From positions 672,001 to 736,000 of the forward strand of contig JAKFBS010000002.1 of assembly GCA_036677065.1 (NCBI GenBank): 64,000 nucleotides of DNA. Direction: 5' to 3'. Within the stretch, counting starts at the first letter, position 1. Every line of letters starts with the position of its first letter. The notes under the pieces were generated by a model. That model was given only the letters and a program-made list of their open reading frames with translations, made no database searches and was not told the DNA's origin. Below, one piece after another: positions 8,062 through 17,294 of this stretch. This DNA is from Bdellovibrio sp. (GTDB taxonomy: Bacteria; Bdellovibrionota; Bdellovibrionia; Bdellovibrionales; Bdellovibrionaceae). The translations under genes and the position numbers were made by a program.

Positions 8062-9832
8062 CCTGCGGCGTGATAATTCCCTCTTTGCTGACGTTGTAAT
8101 CCGTCGGAGGAATCAGTTTAATAGAGATACCTTGTTCAATTTGCGAATTCTGGCTTGCTGGCAAACGGTCTTTTGAAAAGCCATTAGGCTGCAAATTCTG
8201 ACTTTCAAAGTAGTTAGTCAATTTTCTGTCTTCAAGGTGAAATTTCACCTGATAGTAATCTGTTGCCAGGCCTTTAAGATTTAATTTATCACCTTTATTT
8301 AGAACACCTTTTTTAACAACTTTGTTGTCTGCCGCAAGCACTTCAAAATGATAATCATACAATGATGAAATTGATTTTGGATCTACATTTAAGCTGTATT
8401 CACGATCCGTGATAATTTCTTTCTTTTTAGTTTTTTCATGTTTTGCAAAGGTTAACAGTTGTTTCGGTGAACGTTTCGAAAGCTTAAATTCCTGCTCTAA
8501 AGTTTTGCCTAAAATCTGCATTTTATTGTTAAACGGCTCAATTTTTACTTTAACCGGCGTTGCCGTATCAATTTTTACATTTAACTCTTCACTATCAACA
8601 AAAATGCTTTCTTTGACTTGTAAAAGTTCGCCTGATTTGTCTTCTTGTAAATAAATTAACGTGACTTTGTATTTGCTGACCGGCCATCTCGAATTTTTCT
8701 GCCATTGTAAATGCAATACCGGATCACGGTAATAAAACTGTTCAGCTTCTGCTGTTTCGTGCCAAGAAACAACATCAGAATCACTTTGGGCAATCGGGGC
8801 AAAATAAAACGCACGCGACTCACTATATATAGAGTGATCTTCGTTAAGCACGCGCCAGTAATAGAAACCAAATTCAGAGGGCTTGTAGGCCAGCTGATTC
8901 CTGTTGCCAGCAAACATCTCAGCGATCATTTGATTGTTTTTAAAAATTTGTACTTTGACTTTATCTACGTTAGCCGCTTTTGACCATTTTAAGATAAAGT
9001 CTTCAGGGTTAATCACATTATTAACCACTTCTTTGTCATCTGGGTAAATTAAGTTAATTTTAGATTGAAATTCGTTTTTCCAAAAATTAATAGCGCCGGC
9101 TTCTAGAACTGTTTCATTTTCTTTGACAACAGCTTGCCAGAAAAACTGCGTCATTGTCCAATCTTCTGAAAAGCCTCCCGCTTCAAACGGATAAGTTTTA
9201 ACAAGTTGCAAATTGTTTTTTTCAGCGCCTGCCCAAAATTCAACCCAGCGATTTTTTACTGTATTATCTGCTAACCATTTAACTTCAAGCTTAGAACCTT
9301 GCTCTTTCGCATTCAGAGCAACCCCGTTTAATTTAAAAATTGAATTTTGATCTGGTGACATCGGGCCTTGCATCGCCATTTCACCAAATTGACCAGAGTC
9401 ATTTTGTTCAAATAGATTTACAGCTTTTGTAGCCTTTGTTGTTAATGCAACAACAGAGCCTTTGCTTACGTAAAATTCTACTTTATCTGAATTCTTTTTA
9501 ACGATCACATCGCTATGAGGTAAAATTCTAAATTTATGTTTACCGATCTCTAACACTGTCGAGGCTTCAAGTGTTTTGATGCTGTCATTAGCTAGAACGA
9601 TTTGTCCATGCATGGCTAATGTGCCAGATAATGATTGTGCTTTTTTAATAAGTACTGGCTCACCATCAGTGATCAAATAACCTACGACTTCTAACGCACG
9701 ATTTGTAGCTTGTTTACTTAGATAAAAATTAGATAATTGAAAAGCAGCACCGCATACTGATGCAGTGGCCATAAAAATATATAAAAAGCTTTTCACGTTT
9801 TTGTAGAAGAACACAAGAGCTTCATCGGACAA
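8036..9832 (-). CDS. FecR-domain membrane-anchored protein with Ig/FN3-like periplasmic repeats (start may be GTG at 9796)
   Basis: N-terminal TM; FecR-like VLIKKAQ..GQIVLANDSIKT..FRILPHSDV..FYVSKGSV; Ig-like LIYPDD..ILKWSK..GFYYWRV and LHLQWQK..YKVTL. Confidence 0.65.
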   Translation of the reverse strand: MSDEALVFFYKNVKSFLYIFMATASVCGAAFQLSNFYLSKQATNRALEVVGYLITDGEPVLIKKAQSLSGTLAMHGQIVLANDSIKTLEASTVLEIGKHKFRILPHSDVIVKKNSDKVEFYVSKGSVVALTTKATKAVNLFEQNDSGQFGEMAMQGPMSPDQNSIFKLNGVALNAKEQGSKLEVKWLADNTVKNRWVEFWAGAEKNNLQLVKTYPFEAGGFSEDWTMTQFFWQAVVKENETVLEAGAINFWKNEFQSKINLIYPDDKEVVNNVINPEDFILKWSKAANVDKVKVQIFKNNQMIAEMFAGNRNQLAYKPSEFGFYYWRVLNEDHSIYSESRAFYFAPIAQSDSDVVSWHETAEAEQFYYRDPVLHLQWQKNSRWPVSKYKVTLIYLQEDKSGELLQVKESIFVDSEELNVKIDTATPVKVKIEPFNNKMQILGKTLEQEFKLSKRSPKQLLTFAKHEKTKKKEIITDREYSLNVDPKSISSLYDYHFEVLAADNKVVKKGVLNKGDKLNLKGLATDYYQVKFHLEDRKLTNYFESQNLQPNGFSKDRLPASQNSQIEQGISIKLIPPTDYNVSKEGIITPQVENVEIKN

Positions 9833-9944
9833 AACTGTGTTATTTTATAGGGTTACACTCTTAATTTCAGCCTTAGGTATTGTTTAATTTTGTTAAATGT
9901 TTGCAAGAATTATACTCGCGCAACCAAGTCGCTGGTCTATCGGC

Positions 9945-10502
9945 TTACGACTTAAGGCCGCAATACTCGTCTCGGTCTGTATTCAGACCATTAGCTGCCG
10001 ACCGCAACCAAATATCTATGGTCTGCCCTCGTAAAAATGCAGAGTTGATATTTGTCGTTAATATCAGGCGCAAGTAATATCGGTCTCTGTATAGGTGAAT
10101 TGTTGCTGTACCTATTTCAGGAAAATTAATAACTCGGGTCTCGCGATCAAATGAATACCGCGCGGCAAATTGTTCTTCAAAATCTAATGTCTGAAAAGTA
10201 TATTCTCGGTAATTCGCGGTGTAAGTGCCATCGCGATTTAAATAAATATAAAACTGACCTGTTAAAATATCACTTTCGCTTTGCGTTTGTGGCACATCCC
10301 ACAAGATAGCACCGCCGCCAACTAAAACACGAAAAGCTAAACTTCCGTCGTCGCAAGATCCCTTTGTCTGATAAAATAACTCGTCTGGAATTCCAGCAAA
10401 TCGCTCTGCAACCCAACTGCCACCAAAAACTTTTTCACCGTCGCACGCAGTAAGAAAAAGCCCGCAGAGGACTGTAAAAATAGTCGTAAACAAATTTTTC
10501 AT
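9945..10502 (-). CDS. Hypothetical lipoprotein
   Basis: Lipobox-like FLTAC after a hydrophobic N-terminus; beta-rich body. Confidence 0.65.
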   Translation of the reverse strand: MKNLFTTIFTVLCGLFLTACDGEKVFGGSWVAERFAGIPDELFYQTKGSCDDGSLAFRVLVGGGAILWDVPQTQSESDILTGQFYIYLNRDGTYTANYREYTFQTLDFEEQFAARYSFDRETRVINFPEIGTATIHLYRDRYYLRLILTTNINSAFLRGQTIDIWLRSAANGLNTDRDEYCGLKS

Positions 10503-10514
10503 TACTGTAATACG

Positions 10515-11390
10515 TTACAAGTAGTTTTTAATAACCGCAACTACCCACTCAGAAATTTCTTTAGGCGCAAATCCCAAAGAATGAGCACGATCGGTATTCA
10601 TAAACCAGTCTTCTTCCAATCCGTAAGGTGATTTTTCATCTGCTGTTAAAGCCTGCGAATGAATGCTGGCTTTTTTACCCACAGTCTTTTCAATCAAACT
10701 AACCAGATCTTTTAAGCGCATTGGGTTTTTTGAAGCCATATTTACCGGTCCAGTAAAATCAATATTTCCAAGTAAAAACAACCCATCGGCTGCATCTTGC
10801 GCATGTACAAAAGACATGCGCGCTTCAAGATTTGGAAAATACACAGGTTCACCGTTTTTAATTTTGTCGACGTAAAATTTTAAACGTTCGGTATAATCAT
10901 CTGGCCCCATCACGATCGGAAAACGCACGGCTACCACAGCCATTGCCTTTTGCGAAAAAAACACGGCTTCGCACTGACGTTTTGCTTCGCCGTAATTTTG
11001 TTCGCGAGTTAAAATTTTATCATACGTATGTGTCTTTGGGTCGAACACACTTTCAGATAAGTTTGCGCCAGGCTGATAAACCGACTGAGTTGATGTAAAA
11101 ATATATTTTTTAACTATGCCAGAAAAAATATCGCAGGCCGCTTGCGCTTGATGCGCATCGAAACACACCTGATCATACACGATATCCCAATTTTTATGTT
11201 GCACACTTGGTTTTAGTTTTTCGATGTCATCTCGATCGCAAACAATGCGCGACACCTGCTCACCAAAGCCATCATCTAAGTGGCCGCGGTTTAACACGGT
11301 CACTTGATCGCCGCTTGCAAGTAATTTTTCAATCAAACGTTTTCCAAAAAAACGATTGCCACCAATAACTAAAATTTGACGTGATTTCAT
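10515..11390 (-). CDS. NAD-dependent epimerase/dehydratase family protein
   Basis: ILVIGGNRFFG Rossmann motif, VTVLNRG, YGEAK (YxxxK). Confidence 0.9.
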   Translation of the reverse strand: MKSRQILVIGGNRFFGKRLIEKLLASGDQVTVLNRGHLDDGFGEQVSRIVCDRDDIEKLKPSVQHKNWDIVYDQVCFDAHQAQAACDIFSGIVKKYIFTSTQSVYQPGANLSESVFDPKTHTYDKILTREQNYGEAKRQCEAVFFSQKAMAVVAVRFPIVMGPDDYTERLKFYVDKIKNGEPVYFPNLEARMSFVHAQDAADGLFLLGNIDFTGPVNMASKNPMRLKDLVSLIEKTVGKKASIHSQALTADEKSPYGLEEDWFMNTDRAHSLGFAPKEISEWVVAVIKNYL

Positions 11391-11432
11391 AGAAAATCAT
11401 TATGGCAAATAAAGTCAGCAGCGGCAAACACG

Positions 11433-11939
11433 TTAGCGCGATCGACGTTGAAGCCGGCTTGGATGCGGACGACTATACGAAGCCGAATATCTTTCTTGCG
11501 AATGATCATAGTCATGCTCGGGACGACGCAGCGGATATCCGCTGTCGCGGGCAAACTTACGATCGTAATCGCGCTCAAATTCACGATCATGACTAGCTCG
11601 GCGATCACCCGTGCTGCGCATTTCAAGGTCGCGATCTTCGCGGTACGATGGTCGTTGCATTGAACCACGGCGATCATCAGAATAATTAGCCGCTAATCCG
11701 CGCCCGCCCATTCCGGATCTGCGCCCTTCGCTGTAGCCTACTTCATCGTCCCCAAAATCCGAATAGCCTTCCTCTGAATCACCCGGCCCACTCAAATCAT
11801 AACTACGGCCCATGCCGCCGCGTCCACCTGAACGGCCATGTCCATAGCGTTCGTAGTCGGCATCTTCAATATCATCATAGTTACGGTATTTGTCGTAGTC
11901 GGCATTTCTGCGATCTTGTTGTTGTGATGTGTAACGCAT
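11433..11939 (-). CDS. Low-complexity Arg/Asp/Gly/Tyr/Ser-rich disordered protein
   Basis: 168-aa ORF with strong RBS (AAGGAG) just upstream; co-directional between the kinase and epimerase genes. Confidence 0.7.
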   Translation of the reverse strand: MRYTSQQQDRRNADYDKYRNYDDIEDADYERYGHGRSGGRGGMGRSYDLSGPGDSEEGYSDFGDDEVGYSEGRRSGMGGRGLAANYSDDRRGSMQRPSYREDRDLEMRSTGDRRASHDREFERDYDRKFARDSGYPLRRPEHDYDHSQERYSASYSRPHPSRLQRRSR

Positions 11940-11957
11940 AAAATCTCCTTTATAAAG

Positions 11958-13511
11958 TTACGAGTTATGTTTTAACCGTTCGGCCTGACATGGCCGCGCA
12001 TCCCTAGGAAGCGTCACGGTAAAAGTTGTTCCATCTTGTATTGAACTTGTTACTGAAACCTCACCACAGTGGGATTCAGTAATTCCTTTAACGATAGTTA
12101 ATCCGATACCCCAGCCGAGCTTGCCGCTGGCTTGTGCTGATCGACTGCGAGAAAATTGCTGGAAAAGACTTTCAATATTTTCTGGAGGTATAGGTTCTCC
12201 GCGGTTGTGAACTGAAATACTCACTTTCTCTCCTACCTCAGAGGCGGTCACCAAAACCGGAAAATTCTTTGTTCCGTATTTAACGGCATTGCTACATAAA
12301 TTTTCGATGATTCGTCTTAAGCCGCTGATGCTCCAATACCCTGAAGAAGCTTCCAGCCTGGTGCTGACAATAAATCGGTCACCGTAAAGACCAGCTAAGG
12401 TTTCAATAGATTCTTGAATCACTTGTTTTAAATCACAAGGTTCTATGTCTAAACTGATCAGGTGCCCTGAGCGAATCCGGCTTGTATCTAATAAATCCTG
12501 GATCATGCGTTGGCCACGTTCTGCATTGGCAGCAATTCTTTCAACGAGCTTTTTTTTCATTTGTTCGTCGTCTTTTTTTAACAGTAAAAGTTCTGCTGAC
12601 ATGCTAATAACTGAAAGCGGCGTACGTAAATCATGGGTTAAAGTATTGATAAACTGGTCTTTTAAATTTTCAATTTGTTTTTTTTCTGAAATATCAAACA
12701 TCGTGGCAATCACACGCTGCGGTTGATCGGCTGAAGCCGGAAATATAGCTCCGGAGACCATTGCCCACAAAGGTGTACCATCTTTTTGCAGATAACGTTT
12801 TTCAATATTCCAAATTTTTCCCTGCAAAGAATCATTGGGATTTACCAGTGGAAGTTCATTAATCATCAGAGCGCGGTCTTCAGGATAGGTAATATCTGCT
12901 GTAGTCTTCTGTAAGAGTTCTTGCGCCGTATAACCAAGCATATCGCAAAGACGTTTATTCACTTGTATAAAACGGCCGGTCGACTGATCGACGATAGCTT
13001 TACCTGCGGCGGCTAATTCAAAAACAGTTCTGAACACGGCCTCTTTTTCTTCGAGCTGTTGGCGAAGTTTTCTTTCTTTTTCAAAAGTAAGATTAGCAAA
13101 TTCACAAGTTGAGTGGGTTTGGGCTGCTTGAATTACATCAAAAATGATATCTCTGGAAATAACATCTAAAGCTTTTTCAGTTTCAAGAAATGCAAAAATA
13201 ACTTTACGAAGAATGTCGTATTCACGAATAACATGCTCGATGGTGTATGTAGTTTTTTTGACGCGATCTTCAGCGTGTTCTTGTGATACCGCGACTACTT
13301 TTTGCTGACCTTCGTGGTTGAATTTGCCTTTACTTAACATGTCAATCAAGTGATCTAAGAACTGAGGCAAAGAATCCAATAAATGAACTTTATTTTCACG
13401 CTGCGCCTCATTGAATTCAGCGCGAACAGTTTTTTCCCAACGCGCCATTATATCGTTCTTTGCACCGAGTAATCGTTTTGCTGCATCAAAAGAAGCTTCT
13501 TCATTTTTCAC
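11958..13511 (-). CDS. PAS-domain sensor histidine kinase with RsbRD-N-like N-terminus (start uncertain, GTG 13511 preferred)
   Basis: H-box THDLRTPL, N-box ENLCSNAVKYG, G2 GWGIGLTIVK, PAS/PAC (VNKRLCDMLGY...KDGTPLW). No TM. Confidence 0.9.
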   Translation of the reverse strand: MKNEEASFDAAKRLLGAKNDIMARWEKTVRAEFNEAQRENKVHLLDSLPQFLDHLIDMLSKGKFNHEGQQKVVAVSQEHAEDRVKKTTYTIEHVIREYDILRKVIFAFLETEKALDVISRDIIFDVIQAAQTHSTCEFANLTFEKERKLRQQLEEKEAVFRTVFELAAAGKAIVDQSTGRFIQVNKRLCDMLGYTAQELLQKTTADITYPEDRALMINELPLVNPNDSLQGKIWNIEKRYLQKDGTPLWAMVSGAIFPASADQPQRVIATMFDISEKKQIENLKDQFINTLTHDLRTPLSVISMSAELLLLKKDDEQMKKKLVERIAANAERGQRMIQDLLDTSRIRSGHLISLDIEPCDLKQVIQESIETLAGLYGDRFIVSTRLEASSGYWSISGLRRIIENLCSNAVKYGTKNFPVLVTASEVGEKVSISVHNRGEPIPPENIESLFQQFSRSRSAQASGKLGWGIGLTIVKGITESHCGEVSVTSSIQDGTTFTVTLPRDARPCQAERLKHNS

Positions 13512-13579
13512 AGAGATAGAAACAGCAAGAAGTGGGCCTTGCTGCAAAAAGGAATATCAATTGCACGCAAAAGTTGAAT

Positions 13580-14551
13580 ATGGCTAAAACGCAGTTAGTT
13601 GCAGATCAAGATTATTTACCCGAGGTATTACGCCTGATCGGCAAAGCCAAAACTCACATAGATATCGTGTCATATTCATTTGCGATTGGCAGCTCAGCAG
13701 GCAAACACACTTTTTCATCTGCGCCCTACAAGATTGCTGAAAAACTTAAACATGCCAAAGAAAAACATCCGGATCTTAAAATAAGATTTTTTACCGAAGG
13801 AGTTCGTGAAACTTCAGTACGTAACAAAGTCACCGCCCAATATTTAAAAGAAGCAGGCATCACAGTAAAATTTGGGGCAACTCATGCAAAAGGTCTTTGT
13901 ATCGACAATCGCTACTTGTTATTAGGTTCTACGAATTTAACAAACCAATCCATCATGAAAAACCATGAAGCGAATATTCTGTTTGACGACAAAAAAACGG
14001 CCCATGAATTTGAACGCTACTTTGAACATCTCTGGCATAAAGGTAAACACGGAGGTATTAAGCTAAGTGCACCTCTTGCTGCCGATGGTGATTTTAAAGA
14101 CCAGCTGATTGAAATGGTCAATAACGCGAAAAAAAGCATCGAATTTTCAATTTACTTTTTTAATCACAAAGAAATTGAACAGGCTCTAATATCTGCCCAT
14201 CAGCGAAATGTTCATATCATGGGATTTATTCACCAGCACCAAAGCTTCGCTATGCCCTACATCTGGGCCAATCGTTCAACAGTAAAAAGACTGAAAGCCG
14301 CAGGTATTGAAAATATTTACTGGGGAAGACCTTATCTTTTTTCGCACGCCAAATACTTAATTGGCGATAAGAAAAATATTGCTTTAGGCACTGGAAACTG
14401 GCTTGTCGAAGACGTTAAAACCCATCCACAACTTTATATTTTTTTAGAAGACAGAAAACTCGCGAATGAGCTTTTAAAACATCTTAAAATTCAGATTCGT
14501 GAAGCTCAAAAAACAATGCACATAAACATGTACAAAAGAGGTTTTGATTGA
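13580..14551 (+). CDS. Phospholipase D superfamily protein (two HKD motifs)
   Basis: HAKGLCID..LGSTN and HAKYLIGD..GTGNW; ATG at 13580 preferred over GTG 13532. Confidence 0.85.
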   Translation: MAKTQLVADQDYLPEVLRLIGKAKTHIDIVSYSFAIGSSAGKHTFSSAPYKIAEKLKHAKEKHPDLKIRFFTEGVRETSVRNKVTAQYLKEAGITVKFGATHAKGLCIDNRYLLLGSTNLTNQSIMKNHEANILFDDKKTAHEFERYFEHLWHKGKHGGIKLSAPLAADGDFKDQLIEMVNNAKKSIEFSIYFFNHKEIEQALISAHQRNVHIMGFIHQHQSFAMPYIWANRSTVKRLKAAGIENIYWGRPYLFSHAKYLIGDKKNIALGTGNWLVEDVKTHPQLYIFLEDRKLANELLKHLKIQIREAQKTMHINMYKRGFD

Positions 14552-14985
14552 AAAAATTATTTCTTACCGGAGAAAATGGCTTTTTAGCGACAATTCCCAT
14601 GAGCATTGTCATGCTGACCTTTTTAAATAGAACGCCACCAAAACAAATAACTAAAGAAACTTTACAGGGCGCTGACATTTATCCAAGTCGTCGCTCTTTA
14701 AAACTCGCAAGTTTAATTGCTCATTTTGGTTTCGGAACCTTAGCTGCTCTTCCCTATATTTTTGTAAATACTAAAAAATCCAATAATGTTTTTATTAAAG
14801 GAAGTCTTTATGGATTAATTGTCTGGGGCACGAGTTATCTTTTAGCTTTGCCCGCTTTTGATTCGTCTGCAGCAGCACCAAAGATGTCAGCGAAAAAAAA
14901 TTTAACAATGATAGCTTCGCATATTGTTTGGGGAGTCGCTTTAGCGACCCTTTCACAGTATGCCGATAAAAATAGAAGTAGTTAA
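14548..14985 (+). CDS. Small membrane protein (DUF1440/DUF6789-like)
   Basis: AHFGFG, GSLYGLIVWGTSY..LP, ASHIVWG motifs; 4 hydrophobic segments; overlaps the PLD stop. Confidence 0.65.
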   Translation: MKKLFLTGENGFLATIPMSIVMLTFLNRTPPKQITKETLQGADIYPSRRSLKLASLIAHFGFGTLAALPYIFVNTKKSNNVFIKGSLYGLIVWGTSYLLALPAFDSSAAAPKMSAKKNLTMIASHIVWGVALATLSQYADKNRSS

Positions 14986-15010
14986 TACGACAAGTGGGCC
15001 GAAGAACTTT

Positions 15011-15319
15011 CTACCCATGCGCTTTACTTTTAAAATTCTGCCATCTTGTCAAAGTCCATAAAATTAACTTTCCGATAGGCGCTTGCAAAAAAGGAACATC
15101 CAATGCCAGCAGCAGTAGACCAACAGGAACCATCCAAACTCCAAACACCGGCAGAACTCCCAAAGCTCCTGCAATAATCAATGCTAAGCCAATGGGTATG
15201 CGATAACGACGTGCCTTTGGGTTTTGGACCCAACGCAAAAACTTGGCAACGCGCGGAGAACTGTTGTCTTCCAGTTTTTTTAAAGACTTTTGAAGCTTTT
15301 GGCCTTCGCTTTCGTTCAT
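15011..15319 (-). CDS. Small membrane protein (PGPGW-like family)
   Basis: RIPIGLALIIAGALGVLPVFGVWMVPVGLLLLALDVPFL hydrophobic hairpin. Confidence 0.7.
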   Translation of the reverse strand: MNESEGQKLQKSLKKLEDNSSPRVAKFLRWVQNPKARRYRIPIGLALIIAGALGVLPVFGVWMVPVGLLLLALDVPFLQAPIGKLILWTLTRWQNFKSKAHG

Positions 15320-15400
15320 ATGTTAAAGTAGGGGTGCAAAAATACTTCCACTGTACTGAGGGGCGAATACGGACCAAAATGAGACATATTTTGACCTTGC

Positions 15401-15430
15401 TTGACATGTGCACACAAATGCACATATTAT
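15401..15430 (+). promoter_or_regulatory. sigma70-type promoter of the ArsR gene overlapped by an operator palindrome
   Basis: TTGACA (15401-15406) - 18 nt - TATTAT (15425-15430); inverted repeat ATGTGCA-N6-TGCACAT at 15406-15425. Confidence 0.7.
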
Positions 15431-15435
15431 TAATC

Positions 15436-15771
15436 ATGGCAATTACACAAAAGAAACAACAAGCTATGAAAGACCTAGTCGAAGTATTCGACTCACAATT
15501 TTTTAAAGCTATGGCTGAACCTGTGCGCATTGAAGTTTTAAAATTTCTTATGATCAACGGAAAGTCAGACGTCGCCACTGTCGCAAAAAGCATTCGTAAG
15601 GATCGCTCTGTTTTATCGCGCCATTTACATTTTCTTACTGAAGCTGGACTTCTTAAATACGAAAAGGTTTCTCGCAACTCATTCTTCGAAATAGATGCCA
15701 CCGGGTTTCGCGTCAAAGTTTATGCCCTATTTCAAAAGGTTGATCGCGCCATAAAAGACTGCTGCCCTTAG
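15436..15771 (+). CDS. ArsR/SmtB-family transcriptional regulator
   Basis: FFKAMAEPVRIEVL...VATVA...DRSVLSRHLHFLTEAGLL HTH; C-terminal DCCP. ATG 15436 preferred to the 15181 extension. Confidence 0.9.
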   Translation: MAITQKKQQAMKDLVEVFDSQFFKAMAEPVRIEVLKFLMINGKSDVATVAKSIRKDRSVLSRHLHFLTEAGLLKYEKVSRNSFFEIDATGFRVKVYALFQKVDRAIKDCCP

Positions 15772-15787
15772 ATTTTTTTACATTATT

Positions 15788-15807
15788 GTGTGCATATATA
15801 TGCACAC
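15788..15807. promoter_or_regulatory. Perfect 20-bp palindrome, second probable ArsR operator
   Basis: GTGTGCATATATATGCACAC, same TGTGCA-N6-TGCACA core as 15406-15425. Confidence 0.7.
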
Positions 15808-15823
15808 TTATAGAGGAGTTAAT

Positions 15824-16405
15824 ATGAATAACGGTTTAATGCTAACAAGCTCAATAATTTTAATGGCGTTTCTTACGCTATCCGCGTTCGATGGAATTTA
15901 CTTTCATCTTTGGAAGTTCAGACTGCAAGAGCGTGAGGATTCAAAAACTGAACACATTATTCACACAATTCGGGCGGTCCTTTTTATTCCAACGATCATT
16001 TTTATTTACTGGATAGGACTAAAAGGCATTCTGCTTTGGGCTACAGTGGCCGTTCTTGCCATTGACATGATAACCGAAGTTGCAGACGTACTTAATGAAC
16101 GTGCTAGCAGGATGACCCTTGGAGGCCTACCTTCATCTGAATACCTGCTTCACATCGTGCTGACTACATTACGGGTCGCAGCTATTTCATTAGCCTTAGC
16201 AGCACTTCCTTTAGAGGCTTGGAACATATCTACTGAAGTTGAAATTACGTTGCCTGATCTGGCGAAGTTTATTGCCTTACAAGCACTTCCGGGCGCAGTA
16301 GTTGTTGCGGCACTGCATATATATCTTATTTTCGATCCTATGCTGATTTCGCGCCTGGAAATGTTTATTAAAGGTAAATGCTGTGTGGCTAGAGAGAATT
16401 TGTAA
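15824..16405 (+). CDS. Membrane protein with His/Glu motifs, probable ArsR target
   Basis: RBS GAGGAG; DGIYFHLW, EHIIHTIR, EYLLH motifs; 5-6 TMs; ends GKCCV. Confidence 0.75.
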   Translation: MNNGLMLTSSIILMAFLTLSAFDGIYFHLWKFRLQEREDSKTEHIIHTIRAVLFIPTIIFIYWIGLKGILLWATVAVLAIDMITEVADVLNERASRMTLGGLPSSEYLLHIVLTTLRVAAISLALAALPLEAWNISTEVEITLPDLAKFIALQALPGAVVVAALHIYLIFDPMLISRLEMFIKGKCCVARENL

Positions 16406-16414
16406 GAAAAAAAT

Positions 16415-16491
16415 TGGGGCGACCAACGGGGCTTGAACCCGCGACAACCGGAATCACAATCCGGTGCTCTACCAACTGAGCTATGGCCGCC
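16415..16491 (-). tRNA. tRNA-His (GUG)
   Basis: Reverse complement GGCGGCCATAGCTCAGTTGGTAGAGCACCGGATTGTGATTCCGGTTGTCGCGGGTTCAAGCCCCGTTGGTCGCCCCA: cloverleaf, GTG anticodon, G-1:C73, encoded CCA. Confidence 0.97.
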
Positions 16492-16511
16492 ACTGACGAA
16501 AGAGACTCAAA

Positions 16512-16540
16512 TTTATAATTAATTTTTGGTCAAATGGCAA
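16512..16540 (-). promoter_or_regulatory. sigma70 promoter for tRNA-His
   Basis: TTGCCA-17 nt-TATAAA on the minus strand about 20 nt upstream of the tRNA. Confidence 0.65.
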
Positions 16541-16672
16541 GAATTTGGATTTCAAAACTGTTAAAAGGCCATATCGTCTAACAAACCTGTGGCAATTTGG
16601 CTAATTTTTCAGCCTTTTTTGGACAATACGCCACTTTGACGATGGCTTTAGAAGTGTTAGGCTTTAAATCAT

Positions 16673-17290
16673 ATGAAAACTTTATTCTCTATACTTATCG
16701 CTACCCTAGTTTTATCAACGGCAAACGCCCAAACTAAAACGGCATCTGCGACCACAAAGACAGCAAAAACGGAGACCAAAAAAGTGGAAAAATATAACCC
16801 CGAAACATGTGCCTTTCCTAAAGATGACGATGCTTTAAAAAAATTATTAACTCCTGAACAATACGCGATCACGAAAAAAAATGGCACTGAACGCCCGTTC
16901 GATAATGCGTACTGGAATAATCACCATCCCGGCATTTATGTTGATGTGATTTCAAAAGAACCATTATTTTCTTCAAAAGATAAATTTGAATCTGGTTCTG
17001 GCTGGCCAAGTTTTACCAAGCCCATCGATAAAGGTGTCGTTGTTGAAAAATCTGATTCAGCCCACGGCATGGATCGCGTAGAAATTCGCTCAAAACGTGC
17101 GGATTCGCATTTAGGCCATGTGTTTACTGACGGACCAAAAGATAAAGGCGGCCTTCGTTACTGTATGAATTCAGCCTCATTAAGATTTGTGCCTTTAGAA
17201 AAACTAAAAGATGAAGGTTACGAAGATTATCTGAAATTATTTACAGCTAAAGAAATCGCGGATGCGAAAGCGCACCCGTTTAAGCAGTAA
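16673..17290 (+). CDS. msrB: Peptide-methionine (R)-S-oxide reductase with signal peptide
   Basis: [39 protein letters not shown]. Confidence 0.95.
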   Translation: MKTLFSILIATLVLSTANAQTKTASATTKTAKTETKKVEKYNPETCAFPKDDDALKKLLTPEQYAITKKNGTERPFDNAYWNNHHPGIYVDVISKEPLFSSKDKFESGSGWPSFTKPIDKGVVVEKSDSAHGMDRVEIRSKRADSHLGHVFTDGPKDKGGLRYCMNSASLRFVPLEKLKDEGYEDYLKLFTAKEIADAKAHPFKQ

Positions 17291-17294
17291 GAAC

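Noticed and set aside
11387..11677. Alternative ORFs overlapping the low-complexity gene
   Set aside because: No RBS or motifs; explained by the stop-poor repetitive sequence of 11433-11939.
13580..14551. PLD-nuclease defence gene (DISARM DrmC-like)
   Set aside because: No helicase, methylase or other defence genes nearby; context is a kinase and small membrane proteins.
15030..15716. 228-aa minus-strand ORF and the 15181 extension of ArsR
   Set aside because: Shadow ORFs overlapping ArsR and the small membrane gene; the promoter/operator places the ArsR start at 15436.
9945..16491. tRNA-His-anchored genomic island or prophage
   Set aside because: Accessory-looking genes lie at the tRNA 3' side, but I found no integrase and no duplicated tRNA 3' end (att site) in the window.
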